NCBI RefSeq assembly: GCF_006345805.1
Contig: NC_043014.1
Location: forward strand, 20,522,001 to 20,586,000
Direction of reading: 5' to 3'
Source: Octopus sinensis
Taxonomy: Eukaryota
DNA: 64,000 bases
Shown here: positions 1 through 12,249 of the stretch, piece after piece
Numbering within the stretch: the stretch's first letter is position 1
Layout of the letters: each line of letters starts with the position of its first letter
The notes under the pieces: model-generated
The model's input: the letters and a program-made list of their open reading frames with translations, nothing else
What the model was told of the DNA's origin: nothing
Databases searched by the model: none
Made by a program: the position numbers and the translations under genes

Positions 1-136
1 TATACCAATTGGCGAAGAGTGCTCGATACATATATCGATCCCGTACACACAACAAATATTCCCAAATATAACTCTGTTACACATGCTAAGTGTTCTTTCG
101 CTCCAATGTTATCCACATTTTTCTCTATCTATTGTA

Positions 137-171
<35 letters not shown>

Positions 172-177
<6 letters not shown>

Positions 178-574
178 AATACCATATTAATATGGCGATA
201 ACAATTAATTTCCAGTAAACGCTGCCATAATCTCTTTTATAGAGACTTAGTAATTTTAATATTTCTATTATTGAAAACAAGTGGATGTATTCCACTGAAA
301 CTAGGTAAATATAAGCCTTCGAACAGAGACATCAGTGGCGACACCTGCGGGTCTGACTGCGCTACATTGACACGGGTCAATACCCCCGAAACGCGTCTGT
401 AGGTGTCGGACTGGCAGTGTGAAGCGGCTGACCTCCCTTGTTCGAAGGTTATAATGGATACAGATCGTGAATCAATAGCTATCTTGATGGCGGTGGCCTC
501 ATGGAGCTGACCATGGCAGCGATTATTCTTATATCTATAAGAATGCCATATTAATATGGCGATAACAATTAATT

Positions 575-575
<1 letters not shown>
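172..575 (+). mobile_element. ~400 bp unit bounded by a 40-bp direct repeat, containing a hammerhead-like scaffold (PLE/retrozyme-like end)
   Basis: tataagaat(a/g)ccatattaatatggcgataacaattaattt at 172-211 and 536-575; gaaacgcgtc at 388-397; 340-349 pairs with 398-407; (TA)n on both sides. Confidence 0.55.
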
Positions 576-628
<53 letters not shown>

Positions 629-734
629 TAATAAGGGTGAAGAAGAAAAATTGAATATTAATTTCATTAATATCAATTTAAAACCAGTGGCTTAGCATAT
701 TGGAGAATCTGAAGATTCAGAAAAATTATATTAC

Positions 735-931
735 ATACATATAAGATGGATGGCCACTAAGTAGACATCAATTATGCTAGAGATAGACCCCGAATTTTTG
801 TATCTTTTCATTTGTCTTGCTCGCTTACGTTCTGGCGTTTGCTGAATGTTCTTGAGAACAATCTTTTCTTAGTGGTCAGACCATATGGAGTCTACCTCTA
901 GCATAATGGATGTCCACTTAGTGGTCATCCT

Positions 932-942
<11 letters not shown>
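735..942. repeat. Fold-back element with ~52-bp inverted arms
   Basis: 735-787 (atacatataagatggatggccactaagtagacatcaattatgctagagataga) is the near reverse complement of 891-942. Confidence 0.8.
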
Positions 943-962
<20 letters not shown>

Positions 963-1118
963 GGATGTATGTATGTATATATGTATGTATGCATGTATGT
1001 ATATATGTATATATGCATGTATGTATGTATGTATATGTATGTATATACATATATATATATGTGTGTGTGTATATATATATATATGTGTATATATATATGT
1101 ATATATATATATATATAT

Positions 1119-1154
<36 letters not shown>

Positions 1155-1185
1155 TATATATATAGCTTATTTTATACTTTGATTA

Positions 1186-1447
1186 TCTCTTAGGTTTTAC
1201 ATTTTTTGTCATTACACCGTTGCTATGATGGGGCACCGCCTTCAAAATTATTTAGTCTAATGAATCTACCCCAGAACTTATTATCTTAAGCATAGTACTT
1301 GCTTTATCGATGACTTTTGCCGAACCACTAGGTTACAGGAACGTAAACACATCAATACCGGTTGACAAGTGGTGGTGGAGACAAACACAGACACAAAGAC
1401 ATACACACATAGTGTTATATATATATGTATATATATATGTGTGTGTG

Positions 1448-1491
<44 letters not shown>

Positions 1492-1645
1492 GATGGGCTT
1501 CTTTCAGTTTCCGTCTACCAAAACCACTCACAAGGCTTTGATTAGCTCGAGGCTATAGCAGAAGATACATGCCGAAGGTGCCAAGCAGTGGAACTGAACC
1601 CGGAACCATGGAGTTGGAAAGCAGGCTTCTTGACACACAACCAAA
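1186..1645 (-). mobile_element. tRNA-derived SINE family A (CORE-like domain, internal microsatellite), near full length
   Basis: On the minus strand: head with gttccgggttcagttcc B-box-like motif, CORE-like 'caccttcggcatgtatcttc' (variant of ccttgggcaagtgtcttc), TG/TA microsatellite, tail '...ggcggtgccccatcatagc'; homologous to 36647-37088. Confidence 0.8.
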
Positions 1646-1729
1646 AAATTTTGACAGGTTGGGCCAAAAATAAATGTTGACTATTCAATAGTTGTTTAAT
1701 AAAGTGAAGACATGATTGATAATATTGTA

Positions 1730-1865
1730 CCTCAGACTGGATGAAAATAAGAAATAAATATTGCTGTTACGAAATCTACTATGCGTTTTTACACAAACTA
1801 AACTATCCATTTTGATCGCATTGTAACAAATGATGAAAATTAATTTCTCCATGCTGCAATTATAG
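1730..1865 (+). pseudogene. Possible decayed mariner transposase fragment
   Basis: Translates 'FDRIVTNDEN', resembling the mariner RIVTGDEKW motif around the first catalytic Asp; heavily degraded. Confidence 0.35.
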
Positions 1866-2449
1866 CGGAAAAAAGATTATTATTTTTGTTGATTGGTAAT
1901 CGTCACACAGAATTATTCACTGCTATTTCTCGAATGCTGGTGAAATCATCAGAGTGTAAGGATCTCTACAAAATACACCAATAGCTACAACATTCACATC
2001 CAGCAAGGGTCAACCGAATGGGACTTATTCATATTGGAGAACTGGTCCTGTTCAAAAATGCCCTCAAAATAACTCTGAAGAAACGAACGAACTCGACTAC
2101 GAAACACGACTTCATGCTTATTTCACAGAACTCTTTTTGATCCATTACTATTATTGTAAACATCATGATAAATTTATGCGGGAGAGAGCCCATGTAAAAA
2201 TACCTTAACTCCTGGATTCCAGAATTCTAAATCACTAAATAAGTTTGTTTCATGCTGTCAAAAATGTGGTAATTACTACGATTAGTTAAATTTATTCTGA
2301 GCTGAATTATAATTAACTGCTTTGAAGATAATTATTAAAAAGCAGCTATTTTTGCACCAACTTGATGTGTGTGTGTGTGTGTGTGTGTGCATGTGTGTGT
2401 GTGTGTGTGTGTGCATGTGTATGTGTGTGCGTGTATTTGTAACATATTG

Positions 2450-2700
2450 GTTTCAAATTTTGGCACAACACCAAAAATTTCGGGGGAGCGAGTAAGCCGG
2501 TTACATCAAAACCAATGTTCAACTGCTACTTATTTTACCGACCCTGAAAGGATGACAGGCAAAGACGACACCGGCGGTACTTGAACTCGTAAGGTAAAGT
2601 TGGAAGAAATGTTGCTAATCATGTTTTTTTTTTCCGGAGCAGAAAAAGTAGTTGCTTATTATTATTCTGCCAGCTCGCCGCCTTATAGGAGTGCAACATA
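2450..2700 (-). mobile_element. tRNA-derived SINE family B, degenerate/interrupted
   Basis: Reverse complement of gagttcaagtaccgccggtgtcg-tctttgcctgtcatcctttcagggtcggtaaaataagtagcag, shared with the other family B copies; head remnant at 2655-2700. Confidence 0.7.
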
Positions 2701-2989
2701 TTGCCAAATGACACTTCATGACAAAACCCGAAAACCAGTAATTTGTGAATCCTTTATTTCAATTTTCTATAGCGATAGTGCTATTTAATATTATTCATTT
2801 ATAAAGATCTTTACTGTTATAGTCGACCTACGTCAATCAATTGAATGTAAAGACCTCGCTGTGTCTCGTTAGTTGTTTAGTTTTGTATTTTTCCATTGTC
2901 CTTCCCTAAACAACATGAGTCTTTTGGATAATAAAATTAATTAATATCAAAGTCATTAACTGTGTTGTCACTAATTTTATTTTTGTTGC

Positions 2990-5080
2990 GTGCTGTCAAT
3001 GCACAACTAAGCGCAATTCTGAACGCTTTGGGTATGTTCAGTGGTTTTAGCTTGTATTGAAAATATTCTATATACTGCGTATGCTTTTGTTCTGCTTATT
3101 TGTAACTCCTCTGATTTTGGTAATGTACTTGTATGAATGTTTTTTAATCATTCTCAAGGCTATTTCCGTTTTCAGTTCCTACAATGCAGTTATCAGTTTT
3201 CAGATCTTTATATCTGGATAATTTTGTTTAGAGATACATAATCACTTGGAACTCTTATGTCGATTTGGAAGCGTTTAATATTCTGGTTGTCCTTAACAAC
3301 AGTATCTGATTAATATGCCTTTTTGTCTTTGTCAATGGAGATTGGCGTTGTCCAAAGTATAGTCGCTTCGCCATTCCCTAAGAACTTTCTCGGTCTATGT
3401 CTATAGCATCTCTTGTTGGTGTCTCATAATACTGGTAAGACTCACAACGTATGAAAGATCAACATTTGTCATGCTTGTAGATGTATTCTTTCCTGGTTAA
3501 GATAAGACAATGCGATTAATTAATTCATCCTCACATTCACATATTCTACCGTTACATAATATATCTGGCGACAAACTGGCAGAGTCGTTGCCACGCCAGA
3601 CAAAATGCTTAGCGGCATTTCGTCCGTCTTTACGTTCTGAGATCGAAAGACGTTAAAGTTGACTTTGCCTGTCATCCGTTCTGGGTCGATAAAATAACTA
3701 CCAGTCGAGCATTGGAGTCGTTGTGTTCGACTTACTCCCTCCCCTAAAATTGCTAAAATTTGAGAACAATATATTTGGTAACACCTTACAATGAATTATT
3801 TTATCAAAAACTCTGTAGTTTCAATATAAAATATTCCACTTTCGAACCACAACCATATCTCTTTGACATTTGCATCTTAATCAGTTGTTTACATTCTTAT
3901 ATTGACCATGTAAATAACTTTCCATTCGTTTGGTATCGTATATCATTTTTTAAGTGCATTTTGAGCTTCGTTTTCAGCTTTTTCCCAATTTGTTATTTTT
4001 TCTCCCTTCTCATTTCTTTCTTTCGTATCTGCTGCTTTCATTGAGAACATAAATGAGATTTTTTTTCATTTTGTTTGTCATTTGTAGAAACATTTGTAGC
4101 TCTATAGTGGATATTTAATAATAGCTTTCTAAGAACACAAGTCTTTACTGACATATAATCATGGTGGATATAATCTTTCTATCATATTTTGGGTGGCGTA
4201 TTCTAAATGCAGTCGTTATTTGGCATTTTGTTTCTGTCTGGACTTGCTTGATTATTTAGCACCTCCTTCAGAATATTAGAATTGTAACTTATTATTGGGT
4301 CTTGTGTTTTTTATTGTTTTTTTTTGTTTGTTTGGGGTTTTTTGTAACTTGCGCTGATCCTGTGTTGCTAAAGATTCTCAAGATTTTTCAGATAATGTTT
4401 TTGTCTTGAACTAACTCGACCGTTGTGATTCCATCGCTGACCATACTCCTCCTCAGAATTATTCAAATTTTCTTGCCTATTGGTAACCATTTAATTTTAC
4501 CGAATTTTTGATAAAAAATCACTTTGGTTTAAAGTCGAATTGCATGTTTTATCCATGAAATCGTTGTCACTTTTCATACCGACGGAATCTTTATGCATCT
4601 TTTGTTTAGGACGATCTTTGATGTCGCAATTTTATTTTAGCTATGACTGAAGTTTTTGTGCCTTCTTTGGTTTTTTTCATCAGCTATATCGCTTCGTTAT
4701 TGACTTCATTGAAGATTGAAAGCTCTTTTATCGCTTCTATATATTCGTTTTCCATGTTGTTGGTACGAGTTTTAATATCCCTATATGACTACATCTAAGC
4801 ACACTTTTCTTTGTAACTACAGTGTCTGTTAAATGTATTTCCTTTAAAGTGATAATATTGATATTGACGCTAATCTTTTATTAAGCCTGCGAATAGCAGC
4901 TTTGTACTTTTTACTGCTATTACTATTTCATCCTTGAATCGGGTTATTTATTGCTTCTAATTTTTTAATTACTTCTATCGTAGATTACTGTGTTCAAGGT
5001 ATACACATATAGGATTTCCTATTGTTAAATCATCCTCGAATTCCTTTTTTATTTGATTTTTGCGTGTTGATTTTTTATTG
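2990..5080 (-). pseudogene. Old, decayed non-LTR retrotransposon with restriction-like endonuclease (R4/NeSL-like), interrupted by a SINE
   Basis: Minus-strand remnants 'PDTVVKD..IDIRVPSD' and 'KLSRYKDLK' (3200-3310), 'KDYIHHD' (~4150) and 'LATQDQ' (~4360) parallel the better-preserved copy at 6985-7480; many stops and frameshifts. Confidence 0.45.
3566..3775 (+). mobile_element. SINE family B
   Basis: tggcgacaaactggcagagtcgttg...cttagcggcatttcgtccgtctttacgttctgag...gactttgcctgtcatccgttctgggtcgataaaataactaccag. Confidence 0.8.
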
Positions 5081-5400
5081 TATCACGGAAATCACGGATT
5101 CTTTCCGAGTCGAGCCGTTCTTCTGTGCATTGAGAAATCACAGCCCCGGTTTAAGGGGGTAATGATCAGAATGCTACAAGGAAGGATTGCGTAAGGGATT
5201 CTTCAAGCAGAGCCAACTAGCAGGAGACCAAAGGATAGAGCAAGAACAACATTTTTGGATAATATCCATAGTCTGAATTGACCACTCTTAGGAATCCAGC
5301 CGAAAAATAATGTAACGACGGTTGCTTCCGATAGGACACAGTCGAGGAGGTGGGTGAATGATAGATCGATGGACGGCTTTTAATTGAGATTTCTTTGGGT
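5080..5400 (+). pseudogene. RTE-clade LINE 3' RT fragment (decayed)
   Basis: Translates piecewise 'RVEPFF..EKSQPRFKGVMIRMLQGRIA*GILQAEPTSRRPKDRARTTFLDNIHSLN*PLLGIQP', matching the RTE C-terminal pattern GVEPLL..ERSQLRWFGH..RRPRGRPRTRW.D...LGI.P. Confidence 0.6.
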
Positions 5401-5531
5401 ATTGTTCTGCAAGGGTCTTTGGATTTCGTTTTGTTGTCTTTTGTTTGTTTGCTTGCTTTGGCTTATACGCGTTAGATCGATCTTCCGACAGTATACTTGC
5501 ATTCTCGTTCTTTGTTTAGTATTCGCCAATG

Positions 5532-5913
5532 TGGAGGCGCAATGGCCCAGTGGTTAGGGCAGCGGACTCGCGGTCGTAGGATCGCGGTTTCGATTCCCAG
5601 ACCGGGCGTTGTGAGTGTTTATTGAGCGAAAACACCTAAAGCTCCACGAGGCTCAGGCAGGGATGGTGGTGATCCCTGCTGTACTTTTTCACCACAACTT
5701 TCTCTCACTCTTACTTCTTGTTTCTGTTGTACCTGTATTTCAAAGGGCCGGCCTTGTCACTCTCTGTGTCACGCTGAATATCCCCGAGAACTACGGTAAG
5801 GGTACACGTGTCTGTGGAGTGCTCAGCCACTTACACGTTAATTTCACGAGCAGGCTGTTCCGTTGATCGGATCAACCGGAACCCTCGTCGTCGTAACCGA
5901 CGGAGTGCTTCCA
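5532..5913 (+). mobile_element. tRNA-derived SINE family C (Arg-like head), full length
   Basis: A-box tggcccagtgg and B-box gtttcgattcc; body shared with 38514-38770 and head with 46453-46525. Confidence 0.85.
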
Positions 5914-6910
5914 ATCGAGTATTCGTCACTTGCGTTTTCATAATACACTCCTTTTAAATATTCTAATTTGGGTTCTAATTTACTTTCTAACATTATTAAG
6001 TTAGTTAGTTGACTGAGGTGCACTGTTACGTTTAGATCCAGCTGTTTACCTCCAAAAATGTAACGAGTATATGATGGTAGTTTCATTGTTTGGTTCTTAC
6101 CTTTCGAATCGAATTATTCCTTTCTCTGTTATATTTGTAAGAAGTGGGGAGTAAAATCCACCCTTGTGTCTAGATTGTCATCATTTTCGTCATATCTTTT
6201 TCTAACGAAATTGAAGTTTACACATTACATTTTTGTGCTATTTATGCATTTAATACAAAGTACGGTCCACTCTACAATAAATTGAATGTTACGGTTTTTT
6301 CGTAGGGAATGCAATTAGTCCGTATTGATATTAGATCTACTTATATTTTGTTTATCTTTGGTGTCAAATCGTTAACCACTACCAACATATGTAGTGCATT
6401 AATTGTATGGCATATTCTGCATCTATCAATATATTTTGCACAATTATTACTGTTGCATATATTCTTCAAAGTTTTTCACATGGTGTTTTTCAATTTGATT
6501 GGTTGATTTGTAAACGGCGTTAGATATTTTGGAGCATTCATGTAGCTTTCTGTCATGCTAAATGCCTTTCCCGATGTTTATGTTGTTGTTGTCAACCCAT
6601 CAAAATCATTATTATCGTCGCCATCATCATCATCATTATCATCATCATTATCACAGTCGTCGTCGTCGTCATCATCATCATCATCATCACTACCATTATT
6701 ATCTTAAACGCAGAATGTAAAGGGTTGAAGCAAAAACCTTGTGGTATTTGTTTAAACACTTTACATTTAAAATTCAAACCCTGTTAGAGTCGAGTTTGCC
6801 TTTTATCTCACTGGAACGGAAAATAAAGTAGTAGTCAAGTGCTGGGTTTCGATTTTAGCAACTAACCCCTTCCCGCAAACAACCAGACTTGTAACTAAAC
6901 CAAAAACCAC

Positions 6911-6953
<43 letters not shown>

Positions 6954-6984
6954 GTTATTGTTGTTGTTGTTGTTGTTGTTGTTG

Positions 6985-7480
6985 TTCAGTAGTTTTATTT
7001 TTATAGCGTGCTTTCACTTCACTACCGAGCGCAGCTCTGTGTGCCTTAGGTATGTGCTGTGATTTGTTGTGATGCTCTGATGGTTATTGTATGGAAAGTG
7101 TTCTGCGTAGGATGTGTGGGAATTGTTTCTGTTTTTAGATTCCACATTCTGGTTGCCTCTATTTCCAGGTCTTTGTATTTTGAAAGTTTCTCCATTTCTT
7201 TTAGAGACACGTTGTCATCTGCCGGTATTGATACATTAATTAGAAAGCATTTTTTTCTTCATGATCTCTGACAACTATATCTGGTCTGTTGGCCTTAATT
7301 TCTCTATCTGTGTGTATCGGCATATCCCAGAGTATGGTTACTTTCTCGTTTTCTGTGACCTTTTCTGGTGTGTGCCTATACCACCTTTTTTTCTGTTGTT
7401 ATTCCATAATGTTGTCATAGCTTCCAGTGTATGTAAGTTCCAACTCTGTCATGTCTGTGAATATATTCCTTCTTAGCCAG
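6985..7480 (-). mobile_element. 3' fragment of a LINE with restriction-like endonuclease (R4/Dong/NeSL-like), (AAC/AAT)n tail
   Basis: Minus strand: LAKKEYIHRHDRVGTYIHWKL*..VTILWDMPIHTDREIKANRPDIVVRDHEEKKCFLINVSIPADDNVSLKEMEKLSKYKDLEIEATRMW (PD-(D/E)xK RLE); internal deletion near 7120; tail at 6912-6985. Confidence 0.8.
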
Positions 7481-7483
7481 GAC

Positions 7484-7516
<33 letters not shown>

Positions 7517-7870
7517 GGAGTGAGAGACCAGTGCATGTCATCAAAATGACACTGGGGTAAAATATACGAAGCCCAGTATACGCATCATGACTACCCGTCT
7601 GATAAGGATACACCAGGCACATGCATCACAACCATATGTGCGCAGCATGGTGATCTCATATCAAGATAAACAGCGCATGACCTTGCAGGTGGGGACCAGT
7701 TAAAATATTCTTCTGGTTGAGTAGCCCATCCTGCTCAAAAGGTCCCTGAATAAGGATTGTTTAAGGATGTTGAACGAACCACTCATGTTTCCAAAGGTGG
7801 ATTTATCGAAACCTCTAAGTATTCCTTTCAAAACACGGCTAAGATGCTCCCCCACTACTTCTGCTCCTGA
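7517..7870 (-). mobile_element. SINE family D (AAT-tailed), 5'-truncated
   Basis: Homologous to 30164-30690; (att)n tail on the + strand at 7484-7516. Confidence 0.8.
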
Positions 7871-7940
7871 TTATTATTATTACTACTGTTATTATTATTA
7901 TTATCATTATTATTATTATTACTACTACTACTACTACTAT

Positions 7941-7984
<44 letters not shown>

Positions 7985-8002
7985 TTATTATTATTATTAT
8001 TA

Positions 8003-8530
8003 GGAGAGAGAGCAGTGCATGCCATTAAAGTGACACTGGCATACACATATACAAAACCCAATATATCCATCATGACTACCTGTCTGATAAGGGTACAAGC
8101 GGCACATACATCACAGCCATATGTGCCTGACACGGTGATCTCATATCATGACAAACAGTGCATGACCTTACAGATGGGTTCCAGCTAGAATTTCTTTTAA
8201 GTCTAGTGGCCCACCCTGCTCAAAAGGTCCCTGATAAGAGTTGTTTAAGGATACTGAATGAAACACCAATGTTTCCAAAAGTTAATTATTCAAACCCCAA
8301 GTAATTCCTCTCAACACATGGTTATGATACTACCCCACTACTTCAGCTCGTGAATAGAGATGCACATGTCAGCTACTGAGAGATATGCTCAACTGGTTAA
8401 GGTGAAACAACTGACAAACAAATGTTTGGTATTGAGCAGAATATTTGCTGCAGCCAATCTTTTATACGCAGACAAAATATGCACATAGAACTTCCAATCA
8501 GTTAAAACCAAAAGCCAAGTAAGTCAGTGC
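8003..8530 (-). mobile_element. SINE family D, lacking head
   Basis: Homologous to 30164-30690; preceded on the + strand by the (ATT/ACT)n tract 7870-8002. Confidence 0.8.
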
Positions 8531-8554
8531 CTAGTCATTATCATTATTATTATT

Positions 8555-8740
8555 ATTCGGTAATTTTATTTTTATAGCGTGCTTTCACTTCCGACCGCAG
8601 CTCTGTGTGCCTTGGGTATGTGCTGTGATTTGTTGTGATGCCCTGATGGTTACTGTATTGAAAGTGTTTTGCGTAGGATGTGTGCAGTGCCCAGTAGTGC
8701 AATTTTCTTTATGTTATATATATTTATAAGTCCTTGTGCT
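8555..8740 (-). mobile_element. Extreme 3' end of the same RLE-type LINE family as 6985-7480
   Basis: Shared 3'UTR (ttttatttttatagcgtgctttcacttc...ctctgtgtgcctt); minus strand encodes 'KIALLGTAHILRKTLSIQ*'. Confidence 0.8.
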
Positions 8741-10569
8741 ATCCCCTATTTCAAGCTACCTACCGGTAATCTAAAATCGATTTCAGATTACCTGGTTGGG
8801 GGAAGGTAACTTGAAACCGATTTTAAATTACCCCCGTGTTGTTCACTTTACCCCTCAATAATTTTGCTAAAATAATAAATTCTAAGACTTACAAGTCACG
8901 ATATTTTTATAAACTTAAACACGGATTACATTCAAGATTATAAACTAGTCTTCAAATATGAAAATACAACAAAAATATTTGATTTTTTAAAACACTTTTA
9001 TGATGCGCTGAAAAAAAAACATGTCGAAATTTCATAGATGCCGTGTTTGCAATTTTTTAAAATAAAAACTGATTTGGATTAGAGTACTTTGTTTTCTATT
9101 GATATGTAGCAGATGGATATTGTTTATACCGGACTGAGTTGAGTTGACAGAAAGTAACGATAAGAGATTGATTTGAAGAACAATGAGTTTTATATACATA
9201 CCGATTTTTTATAGGCTTTAAATTGGTAACGAAATGTATTTATATACATTAAAACATGATCTGTGTATGAGTGTATATGCTCATGTGAGGCACTGCTTAT
9301 GTGGATATTATATATGTGTGTGTATGTGTGTTTGTGTCTGTGCGCGTACATGGATTTATTTACATTTCTATGTAGGTGCTTATGTGCTTGCGCATATGTC
9401 TATGTGTCCGTATTTGTATTTATGCATGCACACATGTATTTTACTTTTACTTTTCAAATTTCTCTACAACTGAACTAGAACCTTTACGTTAACCGGAAAT
9501 TGCATATATATATATATATATATATGTCAAAAGGATATGTTAGAACACTATTCCACATACAAAAACAGCCATACCAACAATCCAACATACCACCATCATC
9601 AGCTGCCCCACGAATATCATTATAGTTTCGACACCTGGGCAGTATCATTCAATCCGGCGGTGTCAAAATAAGTGTTGTTTAAGAACAAACATACCAAAAA
9701 AAAAACACAACCTTCAAACATTTACCCTATGTACAACAGTATTCACTTTAAATTATACTACAACAAGAAGCACATAAATCTATGTACATCTGTATCGGTA
9801 TTAATAGTAAACCTACAATAACTAAATTATATACTAAATACCGACTGATCTTGAACTCTATACAAATAACAATCCCACCAGTCTTCCATAATTATTACTA
9901 TGATAAAATAAAGTGAAAGCTTTATTTTAATTCTCTCCTAAACAAAACACGATTGAATTTAATGAAAACACGATTGAATTTAATGAAAAATATAATAATC
10001 AGGAGTGAAATACATTATTTCATAATTCAAAAGTTAATAATACACTGCATACTCTTAATATATATTACCCTTACAAGCTATAATGTAAACTTACCAGTAA
10101 CTAATAACACCATTAAATTCATTAAATAGGAACTAATAAAAGTATACATGGTTGTGTGTGTGAGTAGGTGTTTACATGCATCTGTGTGTGTGTGTCTGTG
10201 TGTGTGTGTGTGTGTGTTTCTATGCCTATATGACCATATATGTGTGCAAGTACGAATAATTTATGGTGTGTATGCATCAACATTATACCTTATTGTAGCC
10301 TTAACAGAGATGCAATAGCTGTAATGCATCAGCTGTTATTTATCCTTATTTCTATCCTGATGAGCAGAACTATGGTCAAGGGCGTCCCAATAGTGGCCAT
10401 CTGGCTTTTTTATTATTTTGTTTACTTTTACAGCTATATAACCCAATGTTTATCTTTTTGTTTTACAGAGGCGGTTGCTATTATTGGTATATCAGAGCAA
10501 CCGCATATAGAAACTCCTGCTACGTTTGGTAGTGATGCGGAGATATTATTAGTATTGTTACAACAGCTG

Positions 10570-10786
10570 TAACAGCGGTACTAATAGTGATTACACAAGT
10601 AACAGCTATAGTAACAACAACAAGAGTAACGCAAGCAGTGATAACAAAAGCAAGAGCATGAGCAGAAGCAATAACACCAACATCAACAACAATGACAGAA
10701 ACACCAGAAGCAACACGTTACATCGACCTCGAATGGAAAGGATGGCAGCGGCAGCAGCAGTAGTAGCAGTAGTAATAGTGGTGGTT

Positions 10787-10864
<78 letters not shown>

Positions 10865-11270
10865 GCAATAGCAGCAGCAGCAGTAGTAGTAGTAGTAGTA
10901 GTAGCAGCAGCGACAAATAAACAATAGCGACAGATGGCACACATTGCACATTGCTGCAACAACTGTATCTACTACAAATTCATCAACAACTCTAACAGTT
11001 GTAATTTCAACAAAACCAGTTACAGAGACTAAAGCTGCGGCAACAATAACAACAACAACACCAGCAGCAGCAGCAGCGGCGGCATCTACTACAATGAAAA
11101 TAACCGCATGAGAAAACAAAAGAAGACAGTGACAATGCGAACAAAAACAAAAACTACACAAGCAACGAAATGCATAACTGGGACGGTAACCGCATGAACG
11201 GGAATGACAGTAACAACAACAATTAATACAACAACAGCAACAGCGTAAATAATCAGCATCGACAACAAGT
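10570..11270. repeat. Mixed trinucleotide low-complexity tract (AGT/AGC/AAC)
   Basis: Runs of agt, agc and aac; frames break with stops and shifts. Confidence 0.9.
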
Positions 11271-11635
11271 CAATGAATGAACCTCGTTCAACCCTTAATA
11301 AACAGCAGCCAAAGATCCCTCAGTTCACACATTAAAACAGGAAGGACACATTTGAAAATGTCGTCCTTGGTATATAAAAAAAATGGTGGAGTTTTGGACA
11401 CCGTTGAAAACAGAATTACCTGGTCAGAGGTGATCTAGGACTAAACAGCACTAACATCAATAACAGCAACAACGTGAGTTTCTAGAAAGCAGTTCAACCA
11501 ACCCACAAACAGCAACCAACTTCATCTTAAATCACTTCTTAGCATAAAATGTAGCAAGCACACGTTGTTTATTGTACTTGAGATATTGCTTGAAAAGATA
11601 GGATGCTCATATCTGGAGTACTCCCGTCATAAATC

Positions 11636-11847
11636 AACGTGGGGGTGTTGAAAAGATCCTGGCTTTGAGTAAAAGAAAATACAGGAGGATCAGTTAATTA
11701 TAATTTTATACAATATAATCCCCTCTCAGATTCACACACTGATTGCAGCGGACCTTCATTTTTTCTAAGTCCTGTAAAAGAACTCGGAATGTTGGGCCTC
11801 CAACCACACCATTCGCGATACCCAGAACTTTTCAGTACTCCATCGTA
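11636..11847. mobile_element. Tc1/mariner-type MITE
   Basis: Left end acgtgggggtgttgaaaagatcctgg; right end reverse complement tacgatggagtactgaaaagttctggg; TA at the right boundary; mariner-like tacgagggg TIR. Confidence 0.6.
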
Positions 11848-12249
11848 CTTATTTGATTTTAGCCAGAACTAAAGATAAGACGAACAAGAGTCACCTTTTG
11901 TTTCTTTTGCTTGTTTTTTTCTACAACTTGACCGGAAGAAAATAGCTCATAAGTCTTGTTTATTAAATAGACTTACTGTATGGTCGCACATATGTGATGT
12001 AGTGATCTGAAACACTTTGATTGGCTGAGATAAACAAGCATCGGAGGTACCTTCAATAAATACAAACGGGCAATAGGAACAAAGCAGAAAGCTATTATTA
12101 ACGGTGTCCAAACGTCTATCATTTTGGCACCTACGGTTTATCTAAATACGTAAATACACACACACACACATATATATATGCATATATATATACACATGCA
12201 TATATATATACATACATACAGAACGCCATGTTGGATCGTTAGCCCCTAC

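Noticed and set aside
869-1193. Numerous Y/I/V/C/H/T-rich ORFs here and throughout (e.g. 29193-29567, 35185-35705, 44312-44840, 53126-53933)
   Set aside because: Translations of (TA)n, (CA)n, (CATA)n and (AGAT)n microsatellites; not genes.
10240-10572. ORF with a signal-peptide-like stretch (MHQLLFILISILMSRTMVKG) and a possible 60-bp exon at 10469-10528
   Set aside because: Weak donor, no recognisable domain, adjacent to low-complexity DNA; cannot be supported without RNA data.
10606-11161. Poly-Ala/Thr/Val/Ser ORFs
   Set aside because: Trinucleotide repeats; the Ser/Asn frame is broken by stops and a frameshift.
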